Shown piece by piece: positions 8,754 to 18,002 of a stretch of 64,000 nt of DNA (positions within the stretch are counted from its first letter, which is position 1; every line of letters begins with the position of its first letter). The position numbers were made by a program, and so were the translations under genes. The notes under the pieces were generated by a model that saw only the letters and a list, made by a program, of their open reading frames with translations, was not told where the DNA came from and searched no databases. The DNA is taken from NCBI GenBank assembly GCA_902629075.1, contig CACOPK010000005.1:2104-66103 (forward strand). The letters run 5' to 3'. Source of the stretch: an uncultured Pelagibacteraceae bacterium (GTDB lineage Bacteria; Pseudomonadota; Alphaproteobacteria; Pelagibacterales; Pelagibacteraceae).

Positions 8754-10544
8754 TTATTTCTTCTCTAAAAGTTTAAGATTTAGTTCTTTTAATTGTTTTT
8801 CATTTATATCTGAAGGAGCATCCATCATCAAATCTTGTGCATTCTGATTCATGGGAAACATGGTGACTTCTCTAATATTTTTTTCATTTGCTAATAACAT
8901 TACAATCCTATCTATTCCTGGAGCTATTCCACCATGAGGAGGAGCTCCATAGCTGAGAGCATTAATCATCCCACTGAATTTTTTATCAACTGAGTTTTTA
9001 TCATAACCTGCGATTGAAAATAATTTGTACATTAATTCAGGTATATGATTTCTTATTGCTCCCGAGGAAAGCTCTACTCCATTACAAACAATATCATATT
9101 GATAAGCTTTTAATTCGAGAGGATGCGAAAAATCTAAATTTTTTATGTCTCCTTGGGGCATTGAAAAAGGATTATGACTAAATTTAATTTTTGAAGTTTC
9201 TTTATCTTTTTCAAAAATTGGAAAGTCAGTAATCCAGCAAAACGCAAATGAATTATGATCTATTAATGAGAGATCTTCCCCTATTTTATTTCTAGATTTA
9301 GACATAATTTCATTAATTTCAGTTTCTTTACTACATGACATAAAAAAAGTATCTCCAATATCAGCAGAAGTTATTGTCATTAATTCTTTAATGGCTAACT
9401 CTGAAAAAAATTTACCGACTGGTCCTTTACCGATTAGTTTATTATTTTCGTCTTTTTCAATTGAAAAGTATGCTAATCCACTCCATCCTTGTTCTTTTGC
9501 CCATTTATCGATATTGTCAAAAAAGCTTCTTGGCTTTGTATTGGTTTTCTTTGTAACAATAGCTTTAATTAAGGATCCAGATTTAAAAAGTTTTTTAAAT
9601 ATTTCAAATTTTACATCATCTCTATTAAAAACCTTTGAAATATCATATATCAAAAGTGGATTTCTTAAATCTGGCTTATCTGTTCCATATTTTTTAATAG
9701 ATTCATTGAAGGGGATTTTTGGAAATTTATTAAATATCATTTTCTTTTCAGAAAAATTCTTAAAAAGACTGCTCATTAATTTTTCAACAACTTCAAATAC
9801 ATCTTCTTGTTCTACAAAAGACATTTCAATATCTAATTGATAGAATTCTCCAGGGCTTCTATCAGCTCTTGCATCTTCATCTCTAAAACATGGTGCTATC
9901 TGAAAATATCTATCAAAACCTGAGACCATGATAAGTTGTTTAAATTGTTGTGGTGCCTGGGGTAATGCATAAAATTTTCCTGGATTTAATCTGCTTGGAA
10001 CTAAAAAATCTCTAGCCCCCTCTGGACTTGATGATGTAAGAATGGGTGTTTGAAATTCATTAAAACCAAGTTTTTCCATTTCTTTCCTTATAAATGAAAT
10101 AACTTTGGACCTTAGTATCATATTATTATGAATTTTTTTTCTTCTTAAATCTAAAAATCTATATTTAAGTCTAATTTCCTCTGAATATTCTTGATCAGAA
10201 AAAACTGGCAAAGGGAGTTCCTTTGTTTTACCTAAAATTTCAAATGAATTTATTTCAACTTCTATTTCACCAGTTGATATTTCTTTATTAATTGTATCAG
10301 ATGTTCTTTTTAATACTTTTCCCTCAACTTTTATTACAGTTTCAAGAGGAACTTTTTCTAATATAGAGAAATTTTTATTTTCTTTATCAATAATACATTG
10401 AGTTAATCCAAAGTTATCTCTTAAATCAATGAACAACAAATTTCCATGATCTCGTTTTTTATTTATCCACCCTGATAATAAAATTGATTTATTTTCGTGT
10501 GATAAATTTAGTTGATTGCAGTTATGAGTTCTATATTTATTCAA
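8754..10544 (-). CDS. aspS: Aspartate--tRNA ligase, probably non-discriminating (TTG start)
   Basis: YRTH, RDHG..FIDLRD, PEGARDFLVPSR, QIAPCFRDED, GAPPHGGIAPGIDR. Confidence 0.97.
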   Translation of the reverse strand: MNKYRTHNCNQLNLSHENKSILLSGWINKKRDHGNLLFIDLRDNFGLTQCIIDKENKNFSILEKVPLETVIKVEGKVLKRTSDTINKEISTGEIEVEINSFEILGKTKELPLPVFSDQEYSEEIRLKYRFLDLRRKKIHNNMILRSKVISFIRKEMEKLGFNEFQTPILTSSSPEGARDFLVPSRLNPGKFYALPQAPQQFKQLIMVSGFDRYFQIAPCFRDEDARADRSPGEFYQLDIEMSFVEQEDVFEVVEKLMSSLFKNFSEKKMIFNKFPKIPFNESIKKYGTDKPDLRNPLLIYDISKVFNRDDVKFEIFKKLFKSGSLIKAIVTKKTNTKPRSFFDNIDKWAKEQGWSGLAYFSIEKDENNKLIGKGPVGKFFSELAIKELMTITSADIGDTFFMSCSKETEINEIMSKSRNKIGEDLSLIDHNSFAFCWITDFPIFEKDKETSKIKFSHNPFSMPQGDIKNLDFSHPLELKAYQYDIVCNGVELSSGAIRNHIPELMYKLFSIAGYDKNSVDKKFSGMINALSYGAPPHGGIAPGIDRIVMLLANEKNIREVTMFPMNQNAQDLMMDAPSDINEKQLKELNLKLLEKK

Positions 10545-11207
10545 TTATTCTCCTAAAATTTTTTTTATAGATTTATAGTCTATTGGTTTTTTATTCATCA
10601 AACTAAATTGATCAACCTTATATATAAAATCAAATATTTTACCATAAGACCTTTCAATTCTCTTAGTTATATATTCAATAATTTTTTTCTCAATTTTTAT
10701 TTGTCTATCTGAAAAATGTTTTAAAATTAAAGCAAAAATCATATCATCATCTGGCTTATCTATTTTAGCATAAATACAATTTTTTAATCTTGATTTTAAA
10801 TCTGGAAGTGAATAATCGTTAGAATTAACAGGATTTATTGAATTTATTATTAAATACTTATTAAATTGTTCTGCAAAATTAAATATTGAATAAAGAATTT
10901 TTTCGTCTGAGATATACTCTAAATTATCTAATATAATATTTTCATGAAATCTTATTTTTGTAAAAAATTCGTTATTTATTTCGTCTGTTTTTATAATAAT
11001 TGCTTTATTTTTTTTTTTAAATATTTCTGATAGATGACTTTTGCCAGAATATTTTTCTCCATAAATATTTAATATATTTTTTTCCCAATTTGGCCATGAT
11101 TCAATTAGGTTAAACGCAAAATAGTTACATTTTGACACAAAGAAATCGTCGTATGCAAAATTTTGTTCTAATTCAAATTTTAATAATGCTTGATTTAATT
11201 TACTCAC
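10545..11207 (-). CDS. hdaA: DnaA regulatory inactivator HdaA/Hda family AAA+ protein
   Basis: N-terminal clamp-binding-like QALL, Walker A GEKYSGKSHL, LPDLKSRL, DRQI, RIERS; synteny with purM/DUF2066. Confidence 0.85.
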   Translation of the reverse strand: MSKLNQALLKFELEQNFAYDDFFVSKCNYFAFNLIESWPNWEKNILNIYGEKYSGKSHLSEIFKKKNKAIIIKTDEINNEFFTKIRFHENIILDNLEYISDEKILYSIFNFAEQFNKYLIINSINPVNSNDYSLPDLKSRLKNCIYAKIDKPDDDMIFALILKHFSDRQIKIEKKIIEYITKRIERSYGKIFDFIYKVDQFSLMNKKPIDYKSIKKILGE

Positions 11208-12273
11208 TTAAACTCCATATATTATTCTCAATAGTTACCTTTATCTTAAATTTTTCAAATTCATTAATTAGTTTATCTGGAGTACTATTACTTAATATAG
11301 AGTATCGAGTTATATCGTTATTAAAATAACTAATATAGTATTTTTCAATTAGCTCTATTTCATTTAACATTTTTTCTATTTTTTCTAATAAAATTATATT
11401 TTTTGAATCAAGATTTAATTGAATATTTAATTTAATTGATGAATTAATTAAATTTATTTTTTTCCATTCATCATCATATCTAATTTTCATAAATTTAACT
11501 AAATCAATTATTTTTTCTTCATCTTTAAAGTCAAAAGATTTGAATTCTTGTTTAAAATTAGATTCTACTGAATTTATATTAAATTTTGAAAAAGTTTTAA
11601 AATTTACTTTATCTTTTAATACAATAAAAATAATAAAATTATCATTTAATTCATATTTAGATATTATTTCCTTGAAATCGTAGTTTTCGATAAAATTTAT
11701 TCTCTCCTGAATAAGTTTATAGTCATCTAAGTCTTCATTTTGTAGAATATATTTTAATAAAAATTGATTTTCATTCTCACCATGCCAATTTTTATAAAAA
11801 GGATTTTCATTAAATAAAAGAAGTGTATTATTTTCTAGGTTAATAAATACCGGAATAAACAAAATTTTTTTTTCTATCATTCTAGAGTGAAAAACATTTT
11901 TATTTCTTAAAAAATCCAAAATTTTATTTTTATTAAAATTTATTTCAAAAATTCCATAATATTTATTATTTTCGAATTTTTCACTTACCACCGAAAAACT
12001 TTCCACAAAACTTTTTATTAGTTTAAGATTTTGATTTTCAAGTAATGAATGATCCTTTGAAACTGTTATTTTGTTTATTAAAGTTTGAAATGCTTTTTTG
12101 AAAGCCTTATCGATTATATTATCTTTGTTAAAACTTGTATTATACTCATCCGCTATCTCAATATTATCTATTTTATAAGTATTTGCGTAAAGATTATTTG
12201 TGGAAAAAATAAATAAATAAATAAAAATTAATATAAAAAAACAGTATAGAAATAAGTTATAATTTTTTTTCAT
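11200..12273 (-). CDS. DUF2066-like exported protein
   Basis: Likely start is the ATG at 12273 (MKKNYN plus signal/TM segment); the longer ORF-track start would overlap purM by ~140 bp. Family assignment rests mainly on synteny. Confidence 0.6.
   Translation of the reverse strand: MKKNYNLFLYCFFILIFIYLFIFSTNNLYANTYKIDNIEIADEYNTSFNKDNIIDKAFKKAFQTLINKITVSKDHSLLENQNLKLIKSFVESFSVVSEKFENNKYYGIFEINFNKNKILDFLRNKNVFHSRMIEKKILFIPVFINLENNTLLLFNENPFYKNWHGENENQFLLKYILQNEDLDDYKLIQERINFIENYDFKEIISKYELNDNFIIFIVLKDKVNFKTFSKFNINSVESNFKQEFKSFDFKDEEKIIDLVKFMKIRYDDEWKKINLINSSIKLNIQLNLDSKNIILLEKIEKMLNEIELIEKYYISYFNNDITRYSILSNSTPDKLINEFEKFKIKVTIENNIWSLSE
12258..12263 (+). promoter_or_regulatory. Putative -10 element (TATAAT) for purM
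   Basis: Perfect TATAAT 17 nt upstream of the purM ATG, inside the divergent gene; AT-rich background lowers specificity. Confidence 0.35.
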
Positions 12274-12280
12274 AATTTGT

Positions 12281-13303
12281 ATGCCAAATAACCTAACATA
12301 TGCGCAGAGTGGAGTTAACATAAGATCTGCAGATAAATTTGTAAAATTTATATCCAAAATAACTTCAAAACAGAGCAAAAATATGAAACAAAATAATATT
12401 GGAAATTTTGGCTCTGTCACCAAAATACCATCCTTTTTAAAACAGGTTCACCTAGTTGCAAGCACTGATGGAGTTGGAACAAAAATTGAGATCGCTAACG
12501 AACTAAACAAGTTTGATACAATAGGTATTGATCTAGTTGCTATGAGTGTAAATGATATTTTAGTTCAAGGTGGTAATCCGTTTATTTTTTTAGATTATAT
12601 ATCAATAAATAAAATCATCCAAAAAAAATTAAAAGATATTTTAAAAGGAATTCAAATTGGATGTAAGCTTAGTAGTTGCGAATTAGTGGGAGGAGAAACT
12701 GCTGAAATGCCAGGTACCTATTCAAAAGGTAAATTTGATATTGCTGGCTTTTGTGTGGGACTTGTTGAAAAAAATAAAATCTTAAAAAAAAAAAATATTA
12801 AAGAGGATAATTTAATATTAGCAATTCCCTCATCTGGGCTACATTCAAATGGATTTTCTCTTGTTAGATATGTGTTAAAAAAAAATAAAATCAAATTTAA
12901 AAAAAACAAAAAATTAAAAAAATGGTTGCTAGAACCTACCAAAATTTATGTAAAAGAGGTAAATCAATTAATTAATTTAAAATTAATAAATGGTTGTGCA
13001 CATATAACTGGTGGAGGTATTAAAGATAATATATCAAGAATTATTCCTAAAGGAAGATGTGCTAAAATTAACTTGAATAAAATTAAAGTTAAAAAAGTTT
13101 TTTCTTGGTTAAAACAAAATAAAATTTCAGAAAATGAAATGCTTAAAACTTTTAATTGTGGTGTTGGATTTATATTAATAATAAAAAAAAGTAATTTAAG
13201 TAAAATTAAAAATTTTTTTAGTAAAAATTATAAGCCTTATGTAATCGGAAAAATAATTAGAGGAAAATCTAAAGTTTTATTAGATGGTAAAATTAATTGG
13301 TAA
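12281..13303 (+). CDS. purM: Phosphoribosylformylglycinamidine cyclo-ligase (AIR synthetase)
   Basis: TYAQSGVNI, STDGVGTK, GIDLVAMSVND, GGETAEMPG, SSGLHSNG, HITGGG. Confidence 0.97.
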   Translation: MPNNLTYAQSGVNIRSADKFVKFISKITSKQSKNMKQNNIGNFGSVTKIPSFLKQVHLVASTDGVGTKIEIANELNKFDTIGIDLVAMSVNDILVQGGNPFIFLDYISINKIIQKKLKDILKGIQIGCKLSSCELVGGETAEMPGTYSKGKFDIAGFCVGLVEKNKILKKKNIKEDNLILAIPSSGLHSNGFSLVRYVLKKNKIKFKKNKKLKKWLLEPTKIYVKEVNQLINLKLINGCAHITGGGIKDNISRIIPKGRCAKINLNKIKVKKVFSWLKQNKISENEMLKTFNCGVGFILIIKKSNLSKIKNFFSKNYKPYVIGKIIRGKSKVLLDGKINW

Positions 13304-13868
13304 AAAAAAAATAAATTGCGCCGTTTTTATTTCTGGTCGAGGATCAAATTTAAAATCAATATTAAGTTATTCCAAAAAAAACAATTCAAAAATAAATATA
13401 AGATTAGTAATTTGTAACAAACCAAGTGTTAATGGTGTTAATTTCGCTAAGAAAAATAAAATAGAAACTAAAATAGTAAATTACAAAAATAAATATAAAG
13501 CTGAAAAAAAAATTACAAATTATTTAAAGAAAAATAATATTGAATTAATTTTTTTGGCAGGATTTATGAAAATATTAAGTAAATACTTTGTTAATAAGTA
13601 TAAAAATAAAATTATAAATATACATCCTTCATTATTACCTAAGTACAAAGGTCTAAATACCCACAAAAGAGCTATAATAAATAAAGAAAAATTTTCTGGT
13701 TGTACTGTTCATTTTGTTACTGAAAAATTAGACTCTGGTAGGATTATTCTTCAGCAAAAAGTAAAGATACTATCGACAGACGATTATAAAAGCTTATCCA
13801 AAAGAGTTTTAAAGGTAGAAAATAAACTTTATCCTAAAGCTATAAATAAACTTCTATCTAATTTTTAA
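13284..13868 (+). CDS. purN: Phosphoribosylglycinamide formyltransferase
   Basis: ISGRGSNL, LAGFMKIL, NIHPSLLP, GCTVHFV..LDSG. Confidence 0.96.
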   Translation: MVKLIGKKKINCAVFISGRGSNLKSILSYSKKNNSKINIRLVICNKPSVNGVNFAKKNKIETKIVNYKNKYKAEKKITNYLKKNNIELIFLAGFMKILSKYFVNKYKNKIINIHPSLLPKYKGLNTHKRAIINKEKFSGCTVHFVTEKLDSGRIILQQKVKILSTDDYKSLSKRVLKVENKLYPKAINKLLSNF

Positions 13869-14268
13869 AAAAGAATTCTATTTCAATTTTTGCATTATCA
13901 AGGCTATCTGATCCATGAACAGAATTTTTATCGATTGATATACCATACATTTTTCTTAAAGTACCATTTTCAGCTTTTGATGGATCAGTTGCTCCCATTA
14001 ATTTCCTGTTTTCTATTACAGCATTCTCTTTTTCAAGTATCATTACTACTATTGGCCCAGATGACAAATAATTACAAAGCTCTCCATAAAATGGCTTGGA
14101 TTGATGTACTTTATAAAACTCTTCTGCCTCATTTTTTGAAATTTGGATTTTTTTTTCATCTTTAATAGAAAAACCATTTTCTACAAATTTTTTTTTAATT
14201 TCATCTTGTAAATTTCTTTCTACTGCATCTGGTTTGATTATTGATAATGTTTGTTCTAAATTACTCAT
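13858..14268 (-). CDS. ndk: Nucleoside diphosphate kinase
   Basis: [24 protein letters not shown]; ATG at 14268 overlaps the pepA stop. Confidence 0.97.
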   Translation of the reverse strand: MSNLEQTLSIIKPDAVERNLQDEIKKKFVENGFSIKDEKKIQISKNEAEEFYKVHQSKPFYGELCNYLSSGPIVVMILEKENAVIENRKLMGATDPSKAENGTLRKMYGISIDKNSVHGSDSLDNAKIEIEFFFKN

Positions 14269-15721
14269 AATAGTCCTCAACTAGTTTATTTAGTAATCTT
14301 ACTCCGTAACCTGTGGCTCCACTAGAATTTAAAGCTCCTCCATATTTTGAAAATGCCATACCTGCTATATCTAAATGTGCCCATGGTGTATTATTTAAAA
14401 TAAATCTTTGCAAAAACTGAGCAGCTGTTATTGAGCTCGCACCACCAACGTAGTTTATATTTTGCATATCCGCATTTTTTGAATTCATCAATTTATCATA
14501 ATTTTTTGTTAATGGTAATCTCCAAACTTTTTCATCAACTTTAATTCCAGCATTATGCAATTGCTCGCTTAGTTTATCATTATTGGAAAATAATCCTGCA
14601 TGTTCAGATCCTAAAGCAACAATAATCGCTCCAGTTAAAGTTGCTAGATCAATAATAAATTTAGGTTTAAATTTTTTCTCAGTAAAAGTTAATGCGTCAG
14701 CTAATACTAGCCTACCCTCAGCATCTGTATTTAGTACTTCAATAGTCTTTCCACTAAATGATTTGACTATGTCACCTGGCCTTTGTGCGTTACCACCTGG
14801 CATATTTTCAACTAAGCCTACCACTCCTACAGCATTGATTTTAGCTTTTCTTATTGCAAAATTTTTCATTAGCCCAACGACAACCGCTGAACCGGCCATG
14901 TCATATGTCATATCTTCCATAAATTTTGCTGGCTTCAATGAAATACCTCCAGTATCAAAACATACTCCTTTACCTACAAAAGCTAAAGGTTTGGAATTAG
15001 ATTTATCACCATTCCATTCCATTGTTACTAAATAAGAACCTCTGATACTTCCTTGCCCAACTCCAAGTAAAGCATTACATCCCATTTTTTTTAATTTTTT
15101 TTTATCGTAAACTGTTACTTTCAATCCAATTTTTTTTAATTGCAATATTCGTTTAGCATATTCGTCAGGATGTAAAATATTTCCAGGCTCTGATACTAGA
15201 TCTCTTGTTAAATTTACACCACCCAGTATGGCTTCCATTTTTTTTGATTTTTGGGATATATTTAATTTATTTAAAAATAAATTAATATTTTTACTTTTAA
15301 TTTTAGTTTTATATAAGTTGAATTCATAAGATTTTAATTCTGCTCCATGTATAAACGAATTTAAAAAGATAGTTTTTTTACTATTTAAAGTTTCTAGTTT
15401 TTTTACATTTATATATACGTTTGAAATTTCATTCTTTTTTAAATAGTCAAAAAATCTTGCACCAAGTTTTTCAAAATCTAATTCGTTATTTGCCTTAGTT
15501 AAAAGCAGTACTATAATTTTTTCATCAAAATCTTGATTTAAAGAAAATATTTTATTTTCTTTAGCATCTTTGTTTTTACTTAATAAATTGAGTATTTTTT
15601 GATTTATTTTGACGTCAAAATCACCTTTAAATCTGTCCATTTTACTGTTTGGATAAACAAAGACAGCTATGTTCTTAATTGAGCCCTTTTTTTTATCTAA
15701 ATAATTTATTTTTAAAGTCAT
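14261..15721 (-). CDS. pepA: Leucyl aminopeptidase (M17)
   Basis: [41 protein letters not shown]. Confidence 0.96.
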   Translation of the reverse strand: MTLKINYLDKKKGSIKNIAVFVYPNSKMDRFKGDFDVKINQKILNLLSKNKDAKENKIFSLNQDFDEKIIVLLLTKANNELDFEKLGARFFDYLKKNEISNVYINVKKLETLNSKKTIFLNSFIHGAELKSYEFNLYKTKIKSKNINLFLNKLNISQKSKKMEAILGGVNLTRDLVSEPGNILHPDEYAKRILQLKKIGLKVTVYDKKKLKKMGCNALLGVGQGSIRGSYLVTMEWNGDKSNSKPLAFVGKGVCFDTGGISLKPAKFMEDMTYDMAGSAVVVGLMKNFAIRKAKINAVGVVGLVENMPGGNAQRPGDIVKSFSGKTIEVLNTDAEGRLVLADALTFTEKKFKPKFIIDLATLTGAIIVALGSEHAGLFSNNDKLSEQLHNAGIKVDEKVWRLPLTKNYDKLMNSKNADMQNINYVGGASSITAAQFLQRFILNNTPWAHLDIAGMAFSKYGGALNSSGATGYGVRLLNKLVEDYYE

Positions 15722-15776
15722 TTATATTAAATATAGTATAGGTTGTAGCTTATATGTTTCAAAAAAGAAAAATTCA

Positions 15777-16913
15777 ATGGAAAAAATAATTTTTAGAAAG
15801 TTTTTTTACGATATAATTAGCTTTTTTCTAATTGTTTCGCTAAGTTTATCTTTAATTACATGGATTATTCAATCAGTTAATTATTTAGATTTTATATCGC
15901 GTGATGGGCATGGATTTAAAGTATATTTTTCTTTCATTATTTTAAATTTTCCTAAGATATTTTCAAAAGTTATAATATTTTCTTATTTTTTAAGTTTATT
16001 TTATACAATACTAAAATATCAATCTAATAATGAAATTTTAATTTTTTGGACCAACGGGATAAGTAAATTTAAATTAGTTAACTTTATTATTAAAGTTTCA
16101 ATTATATTAACTATACTGCAAATTTTATTAGTTTATTTTGTTGTTCCAAAAGCTCAGGATTACTCAAGAGATTTTATAAGAAATTCTAATATTGATCTTT
16201 TTTCTTCTTTGATTACTGAAAAAAAATTCATTGATACAGTAAAAGATTTTACAATATTTGTTGAAAAAATTGATGATCAAGGAAATATGGAAAACATATA
16301 TTTAAAAGATAGTATTGAAAAAGATAATATACAAATAATTTCTGCCAGATCTGGAAAGATTGTCGAAAATGGAGCTGATAAATATTTAATTTTAAATTTT
16401 GGACAAATTTTGGATATTACAAATAATAATTATGGAGATACTAAAGTAATTAAGTTTAATAATACAACATTTAATCTTTCTTATTTTAAAAGTAAATCAA
16501 CTACATTTCCAAAAATACAGGAGCTTAATTCTAACATTTTAATTGATTGTATACAAAATTTTGCATTTGGAGAGAGAAAAAATTATAGTTTGCCTTCAAT
16601 ATTTCATTGTTCAGAATCATCCTCAATTAAAAGTGCAAAAGAATTATTTAATAGATCTATTAAACAACTTTATTTAATTAGTCTTGGAATTGTTGCTAGT
16701 ATTTTATTTTTTACAAACGATAAAAGTTCAAAAAATTATATTTATAAGTTAAGTATTTTTTTACTAGGTTTAATTTTTATTATTTTATCAGAGCTAAATT
16801 CTGAATTTTTAGATATTTCTCTCGAGACAAATATATTAATAAGTTTGATACCTTTATTGCTATTTATGTTCAGTTATCTAGCAGTATTTAATTTAAGTAA
16901 AAAAAATATTTAA
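15777..16913 (+). CDS. lptF: LPS export permease LptF
   Basis: 3+3 TM architecture with periplasmic domain; NEI..F..GIS motif; divergent from pepA. Confidence 0.85.
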   Translation: MEKIIFRKFFYDIISFFLIVSLSLSLITWIIQSVNYLDFISRDGHGFKVYFSFIILNFPKIFSKVIIFSYFLSLFYTILKYQSNNEILIFWTNGISKFKLVNFIIKVSIILTILQILLVYFVVPKAQDYSRDFIRNSNIDLFSSLITEKKFIDTVKDFTIFVEKIDDQGNMENIYLKDSIEKDNIQIISARSGKIVENGADKYLILNFGQILDITNNNYGDTKVIKFNNTTFNLSYFKSKSTTFPKIQELNSNILIDCIQNFAFGERKNYSLPSIFHCSESSSIKSAKELFNRSIKQLYLISLGIVASILFFTNDKSSKNYIYKLSIFLLGLIFIILSELNSEFLDISLETNILISLIPLLLFMFSYLAVFNLSKKNI

Positions 16914-16919
16914 AATTGA

Positions 16920-18002
16920 ATGAATAAAATTTATATAAAACATATTTATAACGTATATTTAGAAAGATTAATTTATATCACTTTAATATTTTCATCTCTA
17001 ATTTTCATAATGAATATTTTAGAAGAATTTAAATTTTTTAGTGATAATGATGAAGTTGGTATTGGTATACCTGTATTTTTAACCATATTAAATCTTCCAT
17101 CAATTCTATTTGAAATTTTTCCTTTTATAATACTCATTACAACACAATTCTTTTTTATTAAATTTCAAAACAATTCAGAAATATTAATTTTTAAAAATAA
17201 TGGAGTAAACAATTTAAAAATTATTTCATTCATTTCTTTGTTAGTATTTTTTATAGGAATTGTTGTTATTACTTTATTTCATTTTATTTCTTCAAATATG
17301 AAAAATAATTATTTGGAATTTAAAAATAAATATACAAAAGATAATAAATACTTAGCGGTTATTAATGAAAATGGTCTTTGGATTAAGGATAAAATAGATC
17401 AAACTACAATGATAATTCATGCTGAGAAAATTAACAAAAATATTTTGAAAAGAATTGTAGTAACTAGATATGATGATGAGTACATAAATAGTAACAATAT
17501 TGTTGCTGATGAGGCAGTCATCAATAGTAATACTTGGAAATTAAGTAATGCTATATTTATTGAAAACGATGGGAAAAGAGAAAAATATGACAAGATTAAT
17601 TTAAAAACAAATTTTGATTATCTTAAGATAAATTCATTATTTTCTAATTTGGAGTCTTTAAACTTGTTAGAGCTGATAGATCAACAAAAAGATTTTCAAA
17701 GTGTAGGCTTAAACTCTGCAGAAATAACCTTATACATTCATAAGTTAATTTCTCTACCAATCAGCCTTGTAATTTTCTCAATTTTGTCATCTATTATAAT
17801 GTTTAATTTCAATTTTAGAAAATCAAAAACATTTATTCTTTTAACTGGTATTCTTTTATCTGTTATAATCTATTATATATATTATTTTTTTGGTTTATTA
17901 GGAAATAATAATAAAATACCTATTATGCTAGCAGTTTGGTTGCCAAATCTAGTTTTATTTCTTAGTTGTATGATTGGGATAGTAAATATAAATGAAAAAT
18001 AA
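16920..18002 (+). CDS. lptG: LPS export permease LptG
   Basis: Paralog of the preceding gene; SEILIFKNNG, GLWIKD, LAVWLPN. Confidence 0.85.
   Translation: MNKIYIKHIYNVYLERLIYITLIFSSLIFIMNILEEFKFFSDNDEVGIGIPVFLTILNLPSILFEIFPFIILITTQFFFIKFQNNSEILIFKNNGVNNLKIISFISLLVFFIGIVVITLFHFISSNMKNNYLEFKNKYTKDNKYLAVINENGLWIKDKIDQTTMIIHAEKINKNILKRIVVTRYDDEYINSNNIVADEAVINSNTWKLSNAIFIENDGKREKYDKINLKTNFDYLKINSLFSNLESLNLLELIDQQKDFQSVGLNSAEITLYIHKLISLPISLVIFSILSSIIMFNFNFRKSKTFILLTGILLSVIIYYIYYFFGLLGNNNKIPIMLAVWLPNLVLFLSCMIGIVNINEK

Noticed and set aside
12274-12423. N-terminal extension of the DUF2066-like ORF
   Set aside because: It would overlap purM head-to-head; the ATG at 12273 gives a normal signal/anchor sequence.
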